This document shows positions 61,482-64,000 of a stretch of DNA of 64,000 nt, piece by piece (the first letter of the stretch is position 1; every line of letters starts with the position of its first letter). A program made the translations under genes and the position numbers. Where the stretch lies: positions 21,802 through 85,801 of the forward strand of contig VMGF01000001.1 of NCBI GenBank assembly GCA_007376445.1. Direction: 5' to 3'. Under the pieces are notes generated by a model. The model was not told the origin of the DNA. It saw only the letters and a list, made by a program, of their open reading frames with translations, and ran no database searches. This DNA comes from Parcubacteria group bacterium Gr01-1014_3. GTDB lineage: Bacteria; Patescibacteriota; Minisyncoccia; UBA6257; WO2-44-18.

Positions 61482-63968
61482 TTTGAAATAATGCCTAGTT
61501 TTGTCGGTGGCTAACAACCGAAGACCGTAGTTGTTGGGTTCATAACCAGGCTGATAGGCGTAATAAGCGAAAGTAAGATAGTCAGTTCCCGCGACCGGAG
61601 CAGTAATGAAATTCTCCGGCACTACCTTGAAGCTATGCAATCCTGGACCGACATTCGCCCAGTTCATTCCATAAGACGCGTGATTCCCGGCCATTCCATT
61701 ACAAGCCCCAGAATTATCCGGCAAAATTAAAGACGCGCCCTTAGTTATTGAGCCGCGACAGTTATCATATTCTATTTTTAATCCATTAGGCGCGTGCAAG
61801 CCCCATGTGCGGTATGGAACTTCGGTGCCGGTAAGGTCTAACCAAAAAATATCATCCGTAACCGGCGCTTCCTGGTTGTAATAAATAATCACCGCGTGCC
61901 AGTTGTTCGGCGCGATCTGGCCAGAGGTTATACTTGGCAGTTGTTTCAAGATAAATGGGTACGCGTCCCAGGTCAGATTAAGTAAATACGGCGAACCGGT
62001 CGCGGTGGCATCTTGGAAAAAATCTACGGCGCTAAAAAATCCGCCTGGATTTTTATTTGCCTGCGTTGTTGGTGAAATTAAGCCATCTTTATCTTTAGTA
62101 ATAATTTCAAAAGAATAATCCCGGCCAAGCTCAGCGATAATTCTCTTATACTGCCCCACCGAAGTGGTGGCAAGAGGCGTTGAACTGCCCGACAATATTT
62201 CTGCTAACGAATAAGTTAAATCGGGCAAGACATCCCAGTTTAAAATCAGCTCCATAGCCTGGGAGCTGAAGGTAGCATTGAAGTTGTTAACCGCGGCGGG
62301 CGCGGATCTCGGCTCCGGTAAACTGGTTTTATTTTGAGGTGCTGGCAGATCACGAACTTCCCAATCGGCTTGTGGTGAGCTTGCCGAACCATCCGTATCG
62401 CATCCGTTTCCTAAGAATTCGCCGCTACCGCTAGCGGTAACACAATCGTTCTGCCAAGCCTTCCTTTCCAGGCTGTAACCCGGAGAAAAACCGGTCAGCG
62501 CGCTAGTATCATAGTGAGCTGCGTCCACTCCGCTCGGGCTGGAAGTTGAAATATAATCAGTTGAATTAACCAGATAAATTGTTGCCGAAGTGTTGCTCAA
62601 GCTTCCGCTCGACCACAAGAGATCGCCAGCGCTATTCCCTCCCAACCAGATCAGGAAAAAACTTTTGGCCGCGACTGAATTTCCGGCTTCAAAGTTCTTC
62701 TTAGTTAAACTACCGGTTGAAGAAAGGTGTTGAATTGACCAGCTCGATAAATCCACGGCCTGATCGGTCGGGTTATATAGTTCGATCCATTCCTGATTTG
62801 TGTCCGCGCCTACAGCATCAAATAGAATTTCGCTGATAACTAAATGGCTGGCTTGCCCCGCCGTGACGATGGCCGGTTGTTGGGTTTGAGGGGGCTGTGG
62901 TTCGTTGTTTGTCGTTGGTTGTGAAGTTACTTGCGGTGCTGGCGGTGGCGTACTCGTGGTACTTGCGCCTGTCGGATTAAATGGCATCGTCCCAGCGCTG
63001 TTTTGAGCTTTAGGCGTACCATAAATGCCGTTCGTGGCGTTACCATCATAATTCCGCCAGGATAAATCCGCCTGGCGCTCCATCGTGCGCTTGCTGGAAT
63101 TATCCCCAGCTGACCAATCTGGCGCAGCCATTGCCTCATCAGCCAAATCACAATTTGAATTAAATAGCCTTAAGCCCTCACCGACATTGGATAGCGCGCC
63201 GGTATACTTTTGGTCCATGGTAACTCCTGGCACAGAATTATCATCAGTTCTTTCTAATAAATAAAATCCGCCGGGAACAAGTTTCCCGGTTAGTTTGGCC
63301 TTGATGTCATCGCCCATATCCAAAACCTGCCAACCGGAAAGATCAATTTCTTGGCCGGAGATATTTTTCAGCTCAATCCACTCGTCGCTGGTGCTGTTCA
63401 CCGAGCCCATCCAGGCAACCTCATTGATAACTAACTTTTTGTCATTCTGAGGAAGTTTGACGACCGAAGAATCTCCAAAAGAACACAGGTTAAGCGCGAC
63501 TATCTCTACCGGTATCGGCTCTATGATTTTTGGTGTTGGGACGATTTTTGGTTCAGTCGCCTGGACCACTGGCTCGATGACGTTGACCACGCTTGCGACG
63601 GGTTTTGGCGGTGCTGTGGGCGCAGGCTTGCCCACCGTAGCTTTAGCGGAGGTGGGCACCGGAACCTCCGGCACATTAGTCGTGGTATGAATCTCTGCTA
63701 GTACATCATATGGGCTCGTCGACTCCGCTCCACCAAAAATCTGATTAAAACCATCAACTAAAGTTCCCAGAAACGGCCGCCTCTGCTTTTCCAGCGTTAA
63801 CGCCTTTTTAGCCTTTTCGGCTTCTTGGAAAAATAAATTTATCGCGCCAGCCACATGCTGGGCGGCTTTGGTCGAGAGACGGAACCAGTAGTCTTGTAAT
63901 ACTGATTTTTCCTTTGCGTCATCTAATATCAGACTCTCCGATTTCCACAAGTTTTCACCGTCATCCAA
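61479..63968 (-). CDS. large lamin-tail-domain (LTD) containing protein with Pro/Thr-rich linkers
   Basis: two LTD-like segments (NEVAWMGSVNSTSDEWIELKNISGQEIDLSGWQV; NQEWIELYNPTDQAVDLSSWSI). Confidence 0.7.
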   Translation of the reverse strand: MDDGENLWKSESLILDDAKEKSVLQDYWFRLSTKAAQHVAGAINLFFQEAEKAKKALTLEKQRRPFLGTLVDGFNQIFGGAESTSPYDVLAEIHTTTNVPEVPVPTSAKATVGKPAPTAPPKPVASVVNVIEPVVQATEPKIVPTPKIIEPIPVEIVALNLCSFGDSSVVKLPQNDKKLVINEVAWMGSVNSTSDEWIELKNISGQEIDLSGWQVLDMGDDIKAKLTGKLVPGGFYLLERTDDNSVPGVTMDQKYTGALSNVGEGLRLFNSNCDLADEAMAAPDWSAGDNSSKRTMERQADLSWRNYDGNATNGIYGTPKAQNSAGTMPFNPTGASTTSTPPPAPQVTSQPTTNNEPQPPQTQQPAIVTAGQASHLVISEILFDAVGADTNQEWIELYNPTDQAVDLSSWSIQHLSSTGSLTKKNFEAGNSVAAKSFFLIWLGGNSAGDLLWSSGSLSNTSATIYLVNSTDYISTSSPSGVDAAHYDTSALTGFSPGYSLERKAWQNDCVTASGSGEFLGNGCDTDGSASSPQADWEVRDLPAPQNKTSLPEPRSAPAAVNNFNATFSSQAMELILNWDVLPDLTYSLAEILSGSSTPLATTSVGQYKRIIAELGRDYSFEIITKDKDGLISPTTQANKNPGGFFSAVDFFQDATATGSPYLLNLTWDAYPFILKQLPSITSGQIAPNNWHAVIIYYNQEAPVTDDIFWLDLTGTEVPYRTWGLHAPNGLKIEYDNCRGSITKGASLILPDNSGACNGMAGNHASYGMNWANVGPGLHSFKVVPENFITAPVAGTDYLTFAYYAYQPGYEPNNYGLRLLATDKTRHYFK

Positions 63969-64000
63969 AGAAATAGCAACTCGATAATCTCCGAATTCCT

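Overview
The window is a 64 kb contig segment from a reduced-genome bacterium. It is probably CPR/Patescibacteria-like, because EF-Ts and RF1 are very short, transketolase is split, and the 16S rRNA gene carries an intron-borne LAGLIDADG homing endonuclease. That lineage call is an inference. I read about 90 protein genes, one tRNA-Ala(CGC) and one intron-containing 16S rRNA gene.

The housekeeping blocks are: rpsB-tsf; a glycosyltransferase / sugar-transferase pair; secA; murB; hpf; rny; hup; an ECF sigma factor with a putative anti-sigma; zupT; ftsZ-ftsA-ybeY-yqeY-rpsU-HIT-hisS-lepB; pth; type IV pilus genes (pilM-like and pilin); 16S rRNA; rpmE-prfA; and a sugar-phosphate cluster (gap-rpiB-rpe-tktN-tktC-pfkB-X-fba-rplY) followed by an ArnT-like glycosyltransferase. 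The window holds three NUDIX hydrolases.

Many small, often visibly GC-richer stand-alone genes carry their own near-identical TTGACAAAT-type promoters and hairpin terminators. The most unusual content is a dense layer of short interspersed repeat and regulatory families:
(i) a 43-nt motif sitting 9-11 nt upstream of the ATG of four minus-strand genes;
(ii) duplicated terminator-promoter junction modules around tandem small genes;
(iii) a 60-nt double-hairpin leader shared by two Cys-rich small-protein genes 28 kb apart;
(iv) a 170-bp MITE-like element with terminal inverted repeats, present in two copies, one of which carries a nested insertion;
(v) a vocabulary of 16-bp perfect palindromes (CTATCACGCGTGATAG, CTATCCAGCTGGATAG, GCTTTCC..GGAAAGC) whose half-site resembles lambdoid CI/Cro operators. 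These cluster in a roughly 5.6 kb island of small HTH, zinc-ribbon and Cys-rich genes between prfA and rplY, and also beside a ParB-like/queF pair;
(vi) AT-rich AATTTTAAATT islands that fill operon spacers and also appear in-frame inside housekeeping CDSs;
(vii) a GC-rich 20-mer found in-frame in murB, gap and a SpoU methylase;
(viii) an AAAGTCCATAAAG / TATGGACTTTA repeat family in operon spacers.

Two further oddities: the expected 3' end of the 16S rRNA shows no CCUCC anti-Shine-Dalgarno although most genes carry strong GGAGG sites, and RF1 lacks its N-terminal domain 1.

All functional calls come from motif recognition by eye. No database searches were run.
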